The notes under the pieces: generated by a model
Seen by the model: only the letters and a program-made list of their open reading frames with translations
Told to the model about the DNA's origin: nothing
Database searches by the model: none
Position numbers and translations under genes: made by a program
From: Octopus sinensis
Taxonomy: Eukaryota
Assembly (NCBI RefSeq): GCF_006345805.1
Contig: NC_043003.1
Span: 39,494,001-39,558,000, forward strand
Length of the DNA: 64,000 nucleotides
Direction: 5' to 3'
Part shown: in pieces, positions 1-14,158 of the stretch
Position numbering within the stretch: the first letter of the stretch is position 1
How the letters are laid out: the number at the start of each line of letters is the position of its first letter

Positions 1-182
1 TTTACATTTTGATGGTGATTATTAGATTTCATGAAGTAGCAGATTTTATTTCCTGACAACACATATGATCACCCATCATGAGGTAAATAAAGGTTCACTG
101 TTTCCATTGCTAATGTCACAACCTACAGTCATTATTCCACCTAGCTAATTAAACACACAGTGATTGATTGATTAATCCTTAC

Positions 183-340
183 TTGTCATGAACTCTTCGA
201 GATTCAATAAATTTGAAGCCCTCACAATTTCTGCCCAACTTTTCTCAGTCAACCATTCAGGGGCTGGATTAGGGTATGGATTATCCAGAGCCACACCTCC
301 AGTTAACAGAAAACGCCAAACATCTTCATCAACATTTCCT
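183..340 (-). CDS. DNAH3: Dynein HC exon 17: (A)GNVDEDVWRFLLTGGVALDNPYPNPAPEWLTEKSWAEIVRASNL...FMT
   Basis: ccag acceptor and gtaagg donor; W.FLLTGG.ALDNPYPNPAP.WL motif. Confidence 0.95.
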
Positions 341-884
341 CTGGAAAAGAAAAGAGGACATTTGTTACAACTCTGTAAAAGAACACTAAACAGACAGTTG
401 GCCACAAATACATCATGGGTACAACAGAAGTTAGACTCCTCAAACTGAAGATATTTACTGCATTGTTATCGGAGAATCTCTCATTGCCACACACCTTGGA
501 AAAAGCATTAATTATCATAATTCACCATATCTTTTAGTTTTAGTCTAATTTATAGGTTCTATTGTCCAATAAGAGACACTATTAATAATGAATGGTCCGG
601 CAGAAGATACGCATAATATCATCACAGGCATATTTTGATCAGCTTCATCTTCAATTGTTCAGTAATATATTATTTAATTCTTTAATTTACTTCAGTCATT
701 TGACTGGCCGTGCTGGAGCACTACCTTTAGCTGAACAAATTGACCCCAGGACTTTGTAGGCCTAGTCTTTGTAGGCCTAGTACTTATTCTATCAGTTTCT
801 TTTGCCAAACTGCTAAGTTACAGGGACATAAGCACACCAACATCGGTAGTCAAGCAATGGTAGAGGGACAAACACAGACACACA

Positions 885-919
<35 letters not shown>

Positions 920-1149
920 TTTATTGAGAGACTTCTTTCAGTTTCTGTCTACCAGATCCACTCGCAAGGATTTGGTCAGCCCAAGGCTATAGTAGCAGGT
1001 GCTCGAGGTGCCATACAGTGGGACTGAACTCCGATTCATGTGGTTGGTAAGCAAGCTACTTACCACGCAGCCAAGACTAAAGTTGTTGTAGCAAGAAAGG
1101 AAATAAGACACCCATTCCAGCTGGTAAATGACCCTGATCAATATGTAGA

Positions 1150-1890
1150 CAAGGAGTGGGATGTAATTCCATTTGCAGCACCAAGTGTAACCTATGGACA
1201 CATAAGTGATGCTGTGGAATTGTGGGTAGGTTATCAGATAGCATCACTTTCATGTGTGGTAGATGTGCAGGAACAATAAGTACTAAGAGCACATGAGACT
1301 TAAACTCTCTCAAAGGCCTCTTGAGGTAGTAGATAGTTTCTGCTATTTAGGTGACCAAATTAGGAATGGTGATGGATGTTCTGAAAGTATTCTTTCTAGA
1401 ATAAGAATAGGATGGAGGAAGTTCAGAGAACTACTACGATTTTGGCAGCAAAAGGACTCTCTCTCAGAATGAAAGGTAGATTGTATGAGAACGGCTGTTA
1501 CATGGTAGTGAGACATGAGCTCTGACTGAAGAGGACATGTGTAGACAGGAGAGGAATGAAAGTAGTATGTTGTGTTGGATTTGCAACATCAGTGTGCATG
1601 ACCAACAAAGCACAACTGTATTGAGAGAAAAGTTAGAGGGACTAAATGTGATATGCAGGAGAGAAGAATGCATTGGTTTGGACATGTGATGTGTATGAGT
1701 GAAGATAGCTGTATACAGATGTGCCTGTCACTGAAAGTGGATGGTACCCGTGGAAGAGGGAGACCCAGGAAGACATTGGATGAAATAGTTAGGACTGATC
1801 TTAGGAGATTGGGGCTCACAGAGGAAATGATAATGGACCAAGATGTATAGCAATATGAGATTCAAGAGAAGACCCATCCATGAAACTGAA
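1150..1890 (+). mobile_element. Degenerate 3' part of an RTE-clade LINE
   Basis: Peptide remnants LEVVDSFCYLGD and MHWFGHV...GTRGRGRPRKT typical of the RTE ORF2 C-terminus; many stops. Confidence 0.75.
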
Positions 1891-2929
1891 TGCTAGAAAA
1901 GTTGTGTCCTACCCACATCTAACAACACACTTTTCACTCACTCTACCCTAAGAAACCAAACAACTTTTCTTCTAACTGCATCTTTCTCTTCCTTACATTC
2001 CCTCTTCATAAACTATGATTGCTTTCCAATCCCCTTTCTGGCCCTCACTGCCAAGCTCACTGTATTGCTACCACCCGCCACCCCACCTTCAAACCCTATT
2101 TTTCTACCCAGGTTCTATGCTCAGATCTTTGTTACATGTGAGTATACCCTACACCATCTCTCTTCTGCTCTCTCTCTATCTCTCTTACATTTTTGCTCTT
2201 TCTTACTCTCTCTCTCTCTTTCCCTTGGTCACTCTCTTTCTCCCTCTCTTGTTTTTCCTCTGACTAGGTAACCAAGTATCTTCCTTACATCAGCACACTT
2301 GTTTCTGGCCTCTTTCTTGTACCTCTTTCTCACTCTCTATCTCTTTCTCTCACTGGGTAACCATGTACCTCCTTTGTAGCAAGACACCTATTTCTGTCTC
2401 TCTATTTCTCTGTTACACTCTAACCTTTCATCATCTACTACTGGATCACTTCCTTTAATGTCCCCTCTGTTGTGGCAAGACACCTGCTTCTGTCTCTCTG
2501 TCTCTTTGTCACACTCTAACCTTTCATCCTCTAACTCAAATTCCCCTCCTCAAATGCCCCTGCCCCTCTCATGATTCCTTGTCATGTGAGTTACTTGGTT
2601 ACCCTACTAGTGCTGGTGCTAAATTAAAAGCATCCAATCCACACTGTAATGTGGTTGGCGTTTAGAAAGGCATCCAGCTGTAAAAACCATGTCAAAACTA
2701 ACCTCACCTGTGCTGGTGCCATATAAAAAGCACTGAGTTCACTCTGCAGAGCAGTTGGTGTTAGAAAGGGCATCCAATGACAAAATCCCTGCCAAAATAG
2801 ACACAGTAGCCTAGGGTAGTTCTTCTACTTGGCTGGCTCCCTGTTAACCATCCTACCTAAGCGTGCATGGAAGATGGACGTCAAACGAGGATGAGAATGA
2901 TGATGAATTTAAGTAGACAAAGATAGTTA

Positions 2930-3038
2930 TGGCCAGTAAATGGGGTTACTCAGAGTTTCACATCTATGGCCAGTCTATGGGGTTACCCAGGGTTTCACGT
3001 CTTTGACCAATCCATGGGGTTACCTAGAGTTTCATGTT
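2930..3038. repeat. About 36-bp tandem repeat, 3 copies
   Basis: (g/a)cca(g/a)t..atggggttac..ag(a/g)gtttca repeated. Confidence 0.75.
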
Positions 3039-3125
3039 CATAAGGCGCTTAGCTTTATGGCATTTTTTCAGACGCTTATGGCCGGTGGCCTATGACCACT
3101 CTTTCAGATTTATGATTTACTGATG

Positions 3126-3196
<71 letters not shown>

Positions 3197-3446
3197 GGAT
3201 CACTGGATGGATGTTGCAATACATATATACATACATTATACTGGACTTGAGATGCAGGCATGGCTGTGTGGTTAAGAAGTTTACTTCCCAACTACATGGT
3301 TTCAGGTTCTGTCCCCCTCCATGGCACCATTGCCTTGTGAGTAATTTGGTAGTCAGAAGCTAAAAGAAGTTATCATGTGTAAACACACACACACATACAG
3401 ACATATATATGTACACCACACACACACACACACGTATGTAAATAAA

Positions 3447-3956
3447 CCGTAAATCCTCGAGTATAGTTCGCCCTTGAGTATAATACGCAAGGGATTTTTA
3501 GGGGACTGTACCTCTGAAAAAACTAAACCTTGTGTATAATACGCACCCCTTCTCTAACTTGAGTCAAGGAGGTCTATATAACGTCCTTGGTTTGTAAAAA
3601 TGTAAACAGTAACGTCCTTTATTATTATTGTATATTTAACATAATGCAAACATGTAACTTTTTTGTGCATTTTGTTTGCAGAAAATAAATAAATAATAGT
3701 AATTACATTTAATAAATGTTGTTTATTGCAAGTTATGGATGATTCTTTTATGACTTCATTGCTTTCAGGCTTAGCTTAAGGTATTTTTGCCCAACATCAC
3801 AAAATGCGTCTGAATAAACATTGCCAGACAGCAAATAGAGTCTCGGACATCGCTTAGAAAATCATTTTCATTTTTAACCTCGTATATAGTATGCACTAGG
3901 GAATTTGACCTTTAAATTTTGGGGAAAAAATGTGGATTATACTTGAGGATTTATGG
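3447..3956 (+). mobile_element. pogo/Tigger-like MITE, about 510 bp (copy 1)
   Basis: TIRs ccgtaaatcctcgagtata / tatacttgaggatttatgg followed by TA; about 90% identical to the reverse complement of 25873-26385. Confidence 0.8.
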
Positions 3957-4219
3957 TACACTCTCTTCCTGCTGTCAACTTCCACTTATTTCTGAGCAAG
4001 GTAATATTTCCACATGGCTATACATGTTCTCAAGGAAGATTAGAAGCCTAGAATTGAAGGATGCCTCTTGTATGAGAGTGAAACCTATATCTTTCAATAA
4101 CACCCTTAAATTAGGCTAAGCCACATTCTGATAGGACACTAAGCAACAACAACAACAGCAACAACAATATTTTGAAGAGGTTCAAAGTAATCCAATATCC
4201 AAAACAAATGAATGCTTAC

Positions 4220-4380
4220 GCTCCTTTCATGAGCTCAACACATAAAATGAATGAGAAGAGAAGCTTGTCTTTCTCAAACAAAGACCGACACACATTCCGA
4301 TAGATGCTGCTTGTGAAATACAAGTTGAGGTTTTCAATCCGTTTCTCAATATACGATGCTGATGGGCTGTTGGTTATACA
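4220..4380 (-). CDS. DNAH3: Dynein HC exon 16: [18 protein letters not shown]...[28 protein letters not shown]
   Basis: tacag acceptor and gtaagc donor; [15 protein letters not shown] motif. Confidence 0.96.
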
Positions 4381-4429
4381 CTGTAATGTACAGATAAAAT
4401 ACAATTAAAGTCAGGTCATACTACATGTC

Positions 4430-4990
4430 ACATGTTGTACTGACAGTACGGTCTTAATATCCTTACCACTATATTATCATCATCATCAACATATTATCAT
4501 CATCATATCACCACCACCACAACATCATCACTACCAATGTATTATCATTGTCAGCATTATAATCTTACCCCATCATCATCAGCAGCAGCAACCTTGTAAT
4601 TATCATTACCACCATTAAAATCACCATTATCCACATTACCATTGTTATCAGCATTGACATCAACTTTGTTAACCATCATCACCATCATCATCACTATCAA
4701 ACCACTGCTGTTATTATTGCCATTATCGACATCGCCATAGCCACAGTCATCATCATTGTCATCGTTACTCAGAAAGATCGGAATTATCATTGCAATATCA
4801 ACATCATCTTCTTTCTTTATTATCATCATCACCATTGAAACCAATATGACCATCATCAGCATCATCACTGTCATTGTCATGCTTATTACCACCACCACCA
4901 CCACCACCACTACCAAGGCATCTAACACCACCACCACCACCACAACTATCCCCATCAACATATTTATTGTCATTATCACTATGGAGTCCT
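4430..4990. repeat. Trinucleotide-rich low-complexity region (CAT/CAC/AAC); similar tracts at 20520-20700, 41745-41840, 43038-43160 and 56400-56470
   Basis: Read directly. Confidence 0.9.
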
Positions 4991-6728
4991 GAGTCCTGGT
5001 CACAGCAATTTTGGCATCCGTGCTGGTGGTACGTAAAAAGCACCAACCGATTGTGGCCATTGCCAGCTTTCTCTGGCCCCAGTGCTGGTGGCATGTAAAA
5101 AGCACCCACTACACACACAGAGTGGTTGGCGTTAGGAAGGGCATCCAGCTGTAGAAACACTGCCAGATCAGACTGGAGCCTGGTGCAGCCTCCTGGCTTC
5201 CCAGACCCCAATCGAACCATCCAATCAATGCTAGCATGGAAAACAGACGTTAAACGATGATGATGATGAACTGTTGGTACAATACCTGTCACAAGTAAGC
5301 TGGGAATAGATTTTATGGTCATTTATCAAAACTGATCACTCTCCACCTCATTGAAGATCTGCTTCTGAAGCTGGGTACTAAACCAATTTCTTCTTGTCTT
5401 CTCCATGTTAGTAGGAAGACTACAACACAGCACTATGAAACTGACAAAACACTCGTTAATTATAGTGTTACATTCTCCTCCCACCACTAGTCTGGCATCA
5501 TACTCCCTGCTCTTGTGATATTGCATCCTCCTGCCACTACTCTCATATGTTACACTTTCCTACCAGAGAATTTTATACAAGTGGGTATTGGAAATTTCCT
5601 GGCTTTAGGTAAAAGAAAACACTAGAGGATCAGTTAATTATTTTATTCAACATATTACCCTTTCAGATTCACACACTTATCGCAACAGTTCTTTCCTTTT
5701 TTCAATGCCTTGTAAAAGAACTTGGAATGTTAGACCTCCAACCAGGCCTTTCGTGATACCTTTTTAGTGAGCTTGAAGCCCATTAATTTGATAAAATATC
5801 AGGTAATCCTTCAATAGCTGTAAGAGTTAATCCAATGAAAAAACAACAACAATTCGTGTGAGTTTTTGAGGCCTTCGTGTACATGGTATGTTTATTCCGA
5901 TCCGGGAGGAGAGCATTCGTATGCAGCTTGAACTTTTAACATTTTACAGAACAGAATGAAGTTGAACAAGAAAAGGTTTTCGTCTTGCAGCCTTCCATGA
6001 CTGGTATAGTGGATTCCACTCAATTCAAATCGGCGCGGGTAGTCTAGTAGCAGAGTGAGACGATGCAGTTAGCAGCAAGCTGCCTGGTGAGCAAAAGAGG
6101 TTGCTCTTTGGTCTGGTTGTCTATTTATCCCCTTTTCACGAGCGCCACCTCATTGTTAACGATGTGACCAGGGGAGATAACTCCAGATGACCCACGGTCG
6201 GGCATGGATTTAACTACAGTTGCCTACACCCTTAAAACTATCAATTTTTCAGCACCCATTCATACTTCCTCTGACTATAGAAGTTACATCCTCTCTGACC
6301 TCCACTTAGAGAGAAAAATGAAAAACCTTGTTTAATAACTGTAGCTGAAACTGACATATAAACCATAAGCAATATGATCTGAATGTAGTAGATAGTGTAT
6401 GTGTGTGTGTGAATGCATTTGCCATGTAGCTGAGAAGCTTGCTTCCCAACCATGTGGTCTTGGGTTCAGTTATGTATGGATGCATGTTTCTGTGTTATGC
6501 AATGGGTGCGTGTTCGTGAAAGATGTAATGCTCCTGGTATATGTGCAAACATATATGTTGTTACATATATGTTGTTACATATGCTGTTTGTGTGTGTGTG
6601 CGTGTGTGTGTGTACGTGTGTGTGTATGTGTGCGTGTGTGTGCACACTTGTATGTGTGCATAGATGTATAAATAAATAAATGTATATGCATGCAATACAG
6701 AAAAGTGAAGGTTAAGTAAAGAAATCAG

Positions 6729-7110
6729 CATGTAGTGTATCACATGACAACAACACATGACAACTAATTGGTGTGAACATGTGATTGTAGACATGATTTT
6801 GTGTGACTGTAACAGAGGTGAAACATGTAGTGTACCACATGACAACACAGCAATCTATCAATGTGAACATGTGATTATAGACACTGCTTTGTGTGACTGT
6901 AAAAGATGTGAAACGATAACATGTAGTGACTGATATGATGCTATGCTATGGGAAGGCAAACAATACAAGCCTCAACATTTAGTGTACCACATGGTAACAA
7001 TGTACAGTATCCAATTAGTGTGAACATGTGATTGTAGACATGACTTCGGGTGACAGTAAAAGTGAAACAACATAAACATGTAGTGTACCACATGGAAACA
7101 ACACACAACA
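6729..7110. repeat. Degenerate minisatellite, about 95-100-bp unit, about 3.5 copies
   Basis: Recurring catgtagtgtaccacatg...gtgaacatgtgatt.tagaca...gtgactgtaa...gtgaaac. Confidence 0.75.
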
Positions 7111-7239
7111 TAGAAGGAAATTGAGATAACAGCCACATGTGTCTGAGAGCCATTTTAGTGAGTATGTGTGAGTATACATGTATGCATGTGTACATGTCCA
7201 AGTGTTTGTGTGTGCACTTATATTTTCAGTTTTTAAAGA

Positions 7240-7570
7240 CCCCCTTCGGTCATGAATGACCATGGGATTGCACCTAGAAAGTTACCCTCCTAGACACAAG
7301 TCCGAGCAAGGTTGTTTATGGAAGACCAGCAGTCGCCCATGCATACCAGCTTCCCCTCTCCACGCCACCAGTGTTATCCAAGGGAAAGACAAAGGTCGAT
7401 ACAGCTTGGCACCAGTGACGTCGCAACTCATTTCTACAGCTGAGTGAACTGGAGCAACGTGAAATAAAGTGCTTTGCTCAAGAACACAACACGCAGCCCG
7501 GTCCGGGATTCAAGCTCACAACCTCACGATCGTAAGCTCGACGCTCTAACCACTGAGCCATGCGCCTTCA
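7240..7570 (-). mobile_element. tRNA-derived SINE (well-preserved copy; relatives at about 25400-25660, 27550-27860, 29330-30170 and 43600-43920)
   Basis: Minus-strand head ggcgcatggctcagtggttagagcgtcgag...tgagcttgaatccc with A- and B-box-like motifs; dispersed copies in the window. Confidence 0.75.
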
Positions 7571-9124
7571 CCTATATTTTCAGTATGTTTGTATATGTGT
7601 GTGTATATATCATCATCATCATCATCATCATTTAACGTCCGTTTTCCATGCTAGCATGGGTTGGACAGTTCGACCGGTGTCTGGTAAGCCATAGAGGCTA
7701 CACCAGGCTCCAGTCTGATTTGGCAGTGTTTCTACAGCTGGATGCCCCTCCTAACACCAACCACTCCGTGAGCATAGTGGGTGCTTTTTACATGCCACCA
7801 GCACAGGCGCCAGAGGAGGTTGGCAAATGGCCACGATCGGTTGGTGCTTCTACGTGTCACCGACATGGACGCCAGTCAGGCGGTGCTGGCTTCCGCCACG
7901 TTTGGACGGTGCCTTTTACATGTCATTGGCACAGGTGTCTAAAACCACAACTTCCATTTGATTTTTATTTTGATGGTGTTAACGAACTTGACTCAACAGG
8001 TCTCCTCAAGAACAGCGGGCCACTCTACAATCCAAGGCTAGCACAGCAAGCCGTCCCACGAACCATGAACTCACTTCATTTGTCAGGTCCTCATAGTCAC
8101 AGCATATCTCAGGGGTCTCAGCCTCCGTCATTTCCTCAGTGAGGCGCTACATGCCACCGGCACAGGTATCACAACTACAATATCCATACGATTTTTATTT
8201 TGATGTTGATGAACTTGATACAATAGGTCTCATCAAGCGCAGCAGGCCATCCTGCAAGCCATGAACTCACTTCATTTGTCGGGTCTTCGACATATAATGT
8301 ATGTATGTATGTATACATACACACACATATACACAACAGGAAAAAGTGTTTTGCCGAAGAAAACAAAGCCCTGCTGATCTTGGAATGAAAACCACAATTT
8401 AACAATTGTGAGAGCAACACCCTGACCACTAGGTTATACATCTTCAGATATATAATGAATATAATGCAATAAAGCATAGTGGTTAAGTATCCCATTGCAC
8501 TTAGAACAGCCAATGCAGAATTCCAAAAGTCCAAACATCCACAATGTTTAAACATATGTAGGAACAAATAATATAAATTTGTGTTTATTGTAACTTTGTG
8601 TGTGCATGTGTGTATTTGTATGTGTGTGTATGTTTGTGTGTGTGTGTGTGTGTGTTATTTGAATACTTGTGAATAATGATCAACAAAAGTTCAAACAAAC
8701 CACATAAAGAAAAGAAATTCTTGAGAGACAAAAAAAAAATCCTCACCTCAAAAAGATGGAATATATTAAAGTTATGAAAAGGACATGCAAGATATGAAGG
8801 GATACAGACAGTGGAAAAGAAGGCGCAATGTAGACAGACAACAACCTGTAGTATGTGTGTATGTGTGTGTGTGTGTGCGCGTGTGCATGCATGTGTGAGA
8901 TGTTGTGACGTAAGGTGATGAGACACGAGACATGACACAGTGAAGTTTGTGATGGAAGTGTTTGTGAAAGAGGCAGGCTGAGTGAGATGTATCAGAATAG
9001 AAGAGGAAATTCAATGAAAGCAAGGGGACAGTGGAGGAAGTGTGATCCTGTGAATGGACAGGGAGACAGCACTCGGGGTTAAAAGTGAGAGCATTGCATA
9101 ACACAGACGGCAGATTGGGAGGAC

Positions 9125-9278
9125 GATGGGGAGGGAGAAGAAGAAGAAGAAGAAGAAGAAGAAGAAGAAGAAGAGAAGAAGAAGAAGAAGAAGAAGAAGA
9201 AGAAGAAGAAAAGGCAGGAAGGAAGGAAGGAAGGAGGGAAGAGAAAAAGAAGAGAAGAAAAAGGGAAGAAGGGGTCAT

Positions 9279-9310
<32 letters not shown>
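9125..9310. repeat. Purine tract with (GAA)n/(GGAA)n/(GAAA)n
   Basis: Read directly; a similar (GAG)n(GAA)n tract lies at 57800-57906. Confidence 0.95.
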
Positions 9311-10002
9311 GGATCTAGAACCTGTAGTCCAAAATATGTGTAAACACAGTCTATATCCTAGCCTCTGTACAGAACAGAATCTCAAAAGAATCAAAGACAC
9401 AAGAGAAGTGAGCATTTTTCCAATTTTATGTTGATTAGGGTAATAATTAGCTGAGTCTGCATCATTTAGTTCACATCATTTATTCTTTCTATTATTGAAT
9501 TCTGCAGTAATCAGTAGCATGGAAAAAAGATGAGCTTCAACAATATTGATTATTCTCTACAATTCATGGAACTGATGCTTATCTGGAGGACCTATAAGGA
9601 GGGGTAGTGAAGTTCAGCCAGTACATTGGACTGGGCCTGTGACTATCTTCCAGGCTCATTCCTAAAAATAAACTCACAATCCCTTGAATTCTGAGATGAT
9701 GCTCCTGTTCAGGGCTTGAAAGCATCTTTAATCTACCTTGCCAAACTTCTCTTAAAGGAATAGCTGTGTGGTTAAGGTGTTTGTTTTCCAACCATGTGGT
9801 TTTGAGTTCAGTTCCATCCCACCTTGGGCCAGCCAAAACCTTGTGAACAGTTTTGGCTGTGGGGTTAAGTAGCTTGTTTCTCAACCATGTGGTTTTGAGT
9901 TCGGTCCTATCCCTTTGTGTGGCACTCATCTTGAGCCAACCAAAGCCTTGTGAGTGATTTTGGTTGATGGAAACTGAAAGAAGCCTTTTGTGTGTGTGTG
10001 TC

Positions 10003-10060
<58 letters not shown>

Positions 10061-10827
10061 TGTGCGTTCATGTGCATGTGAGTGTGTCCGCTTGTCTTGA
10101 CATTACATGACAGTTCTAAATGAATGTCAATGTCAGACAAGTGATGTAATTTGTTTCCAGTCTCCTGTGAGAACTTGCCTGGCCATGCTTGGGCACAGGT
10201 GAAAGTTGGGAGCAGGAACAGTCTCTGGTCACAGAAAACCTATCTTGATGAATCCCATCTGCCCCATGTAAGCATAGAAAAGTGGATGTTAAAATGTGGA
10301 ACATGAAATCTTGTTCATTTCCAAGTACTCCTGATCAACTCCAGACAGATTTTCTAAAAGTGGCAACCAAATTTCACAGAATGAGTCAATGGATCATTTG
10401 TCAATTCCAAATGCTACTATCACTGACTATAGAGTAAAACATACAGCCTTGTAATACATGTTTAGTTAGGTGGACTGTACTACTCTGTGGCACCAATATA
10501 ATAGTAGGACTATATCACAATGCAGTATCTGCTAAGAGCTAGATGGATTATAGCTCACTCTGTTTATATACAATTAGTTCAGCTATATCTCAATGTAGTA
10601 TCTACAGACATAGGAGTGGCTGTGTGGTAAGTAGCTTGCTTACCAACCACATGGTTCCGGGTTCATTCCCACTGTGTGGTACCTTGGGTAAGTGTCTTCT
10701 ACTATAGCCTCAGGCCAACCAAAGCCTTGTGAGTGGATTTGGTAGACGGAAACTAAAATAAGCTCATCGTATATATGTATATATATATATATATATTTAA
10801 AAAAGGAGATGTGGAACACGAGTTGTG

Positions 10828-11298
10828 ATATATAAAAAAAAGGAAATGAAGAAAATGCTGACAAAAAAATTTAAGTAAAGGAGAGTGTATTTAATTTACC
10901 GGTTGCGCATTTGTTATGCTTATCAAAAGATATATTTTTAAGAGAGATAAGAGTTCCTTTCTGATAGATTTTTTTCTCTTATCTGACTTTATGTTGGGTT
11001 TGCTGTCTCTTATATGTGAAAAAAGAGGCTCCAGAGTTGTTTAAGATTTGCTTGGTTTCGCGCCTAAAATTTCTTGTGGACAGTGGTCAATACAATTTTG
11101 ATTGGTCATTATAAAGGGGTCACGTGAATGTTTGAATGGAAGTTGGTGTTGGGGTAAGAAAATAGGCTCCAGAGATGTTAACTCTATCTCTCTTAAAAAT
11201 ATATCTTTTGATAAGCATAACAAATGCGCAACCGGTAAATTAAATACACTCTCCTTTACTTAAATTATTTTGTCAGCATTTTCTTCATTTCCTTTTTT

Positions 11299-11305
<7 letters not shown>
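10828..11305. repeat. Long inverted repeat: about 127-bp arms and 224-bp spacer
   Basis: Arms 10828-10955 and 11180-11305 are near-perfect reverse complements; a related end fragment lies at 53637-53680. Confidence 0.9.
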
Positions 11306-11355
<50 letters not shown>

Positions 11356-12857
11356 GTGTGTTTTTATGTTTGTCTGTCTGTGCTTGTCCCCCCAACATCA
11401 CTTGACAACCAATGCTGGTGAATTTACGTCCCCGTAAATTAGCGGTTCGGCAAAAGAGACCGATAGAATAAGTACTAGGCTTACAAAGAATAAGTCCTGG
11501 GGTTGATTTGCTTGACTAAAGGCAGTGCTCCAGCATGGCCACAGTCGAATGACTGTATTTCATGTGTGGCATATTTAGATCTTTGTAGACATGGTCTTTA
11601 AGTATTAAAATATCTAGGTTACAGATAGAATGTATTAGCAGTGATGATATATGAACCAGCAAAATCTCAGACAATTGTGTAATACACAACTGACTTGACT
11701 GTCTGCATTCACTCTCAACAAACTCCATGGAGACAATGGTTCTTCTAGGATTATGCAACAAGCCATAAACACAAAACAGATTATTCATTCAGAATGGTAG
11801 TTAAAGAATTTGATGGTGTCCTTTTCTTTTTGAGATACTGTTATCAGAAACTGAATAAGAAAAGAGAACTAGGCCACATATTCAACACACAGATATTGTA
11901 AATAAAGTGGGTATTTCAGAGATTCATATCACAAGTGATAAAGGGTGGAGCAACAAATGGTGAAGAATAGAAAGAGACATTTAGTGAGCTATTGAGAGTT
12001 CAGTGTATAGATATATCTCCAATAAATCACCAGCGATAATGGTTTTTAAAACATCAGGAACTTTGTATTATCTTTACTACTAGACATAAATCCATCGTTT
12101 TTAAAAATGTTTATTCAAAACTTTTTATACACATTACCAACTAATAAACTTTACTGGCAGAATCGATTTGGCAGCACCAAACAAAATACTTTGCAATATT
12201 TACTTCTGATTTTTAACATTCCGAATTTAAATCCCACTGGCATTGACTATGCTGTAGGGGTTAATATAATTGATTGTACTCCTCTAGTATTTGTGGCTTT
12301 GTGCCTCTGTTAGAAATTGTATTTTTTTTTTTTTTAAGAAAGACCTATGCTATTTTCAGAGAATTATCAAATATCTTGTTCTTTCACATTTTACAAAACC
12401 TTTTCAAAAAGAGTATCGATAACATTTCAGTCTTTAACCAATACCAGAGAACTACCAACATGCAAAAATGGTGCTTTACTATGTTATGGTTTTCAATAAG
12501 TGGAACATTTTGCTAAAGCTATTAAAAAGTAGTCTCAGAGAACCCAGTAAATTGGAGTTTTTATCTGCTAACACCCAATTTCAAAATTATTTACCAATTT
12601 ATCATGTTAGTAACAGTTATGATTTTTTATTAAAACTAAAATGAGTCATCAATACTAATTAAATACTTGGCAATATTCGGAGCACTAAATATTTCTTGAG
12701 ATGAAATTTGCATAAAACTTACACTGTTTGATAATCCAAGATGATAGAAAGTAATGTAGTGGGGGTGTCAACATTATAAAGGGGCTGTAAGGCATACATT
12801 GAAGATATATCTGTAACTCAACACAAACATCTCTATACCTCATACACAAACATACAT

Positions 12858-12859
<2 letters not shown>

Positions 12860-12935
<76 letters not shown>

Positions 12936-13038
12936 GTATATATATGCATATATATATATATATATATACACATACATACATATATATATATAAACACACA
13001 AACACGTGTGTGTGTGTGCCTCTGTGTGTGTATATGTG

Positions 13039-13078
<40 letters not shown>

Positions 13079-13135
13079 CACATTCACATACATATATGTA
13101 CACATATACATATATCACACACACATTTAATATAC
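12860..13135. repeat. (AT)n/(AC)n/(GT)n compound microsatellite, representative of many (e.g. 3125-3192, 36415-36580, 52270-52570, 52950-53010, 53300-53710)
   Basis: Read directly; these tracts explain the [12 protein letters not shown] ORFs in the track. Confidence 0.95.
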
Positions 13136-13540
13136 ACACGTGCTCACCACCAACAGGCCCCTTCCTCAGACAGACATAGTTACCTTCTGCAGGAAATCAC
13201 ATTGTGGTATAAGCTGGAAGAAATGGCAGGTCAAGGATGAATTATATAAAAAGAAGAAGAAGAAACAAAACTGAGATCTAAAATGGAATTTTTTAAAAAA
13301 TTTCCATTGCAGTTATATTTGATATTTGCATGACACGTGACTAATAGTTGTCATCATAAAGATGTTCATTGGCTACAGTCAAACGTTTAATTAGCATCTT
13401 CTCTGCCAAGTGTTCTCATTTATTTAACAGTAACACCAGCATCAATAACAACATGAGCAAATCTACCTTAACCTACTATTTATTATCTTCATGAGAAAAA
13501 CCCTAAGGTACCTAAGACATAGTTGAACAAACATTAGTCT

Positions 13541-13767
13541 TTAACCCTTTAGTGTTTAAACCAGCCATATCCGGCCCAAATAATCTACCTGTTTTCTGTT
13601 AAAACTGCCCAGATTTGGTATCTCACACCAACCTCTAATGTCAATCTAAAAACAGGTGATAACATCATCGAAATCTTAAAGCTACGAAATAATGCATGAT
13701 TAGCTTAAAACAATATGGATGAATAAATATTATATTTGACAGAATAATCTGAATGCTAAAGGGTTAA
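13541..13767 (+). mobile_element. piggyBac-like MITE (TTAA-CCC...GGG-TTAA)
   Basis: ttaaccctttag ... ctaaagggttaa termini. Confidence 0.7.
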
Positions 13768-14158
13768 AGCTATAGGATTATCTGAGGGATAAATTTGTAA
13801 ATTGAGACAAATATCAAACAAAGCTAACTTTGGCGACTTTGCAGATATTGGAGAGATAGAATCAAATAATTGACTAGACAAACAAACAATTTCTCTCCGT
13901 ATCTTAGCTGAAGTTGATACTAGGAGAATAATTTCACTGGACAGTAGTGAGAACAAAATTTGGACACCGGGAAAATATTTGTATTGTAAAAAGATTAACA
14001 TAAAGACGAGACAAGGCAAGAGTCAGATCTCCCCCAAAGAAAAAACAAAATGATAATTTTATACATTCCCTTTATGCTTAGACTTGTGCCTTGGTGGGGA
14101 ACTTTCTAGGTGCAATCCCATTGTCATTCATGACTGAAGGGAATCTTTTACATTCACT

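Noticed and set aside
12685-13240. Many ORF-track entries such as [18 protein letters not shown], poly-S/H/M/K/E (also 4557-5322, 8772-9434, 19902-20740, 36375-36664, 52270-53713, 57762-57956)
   Set aside because: They are translations of di- and trinucleotide microsatellites that lack stop codons; no splice or homology support.
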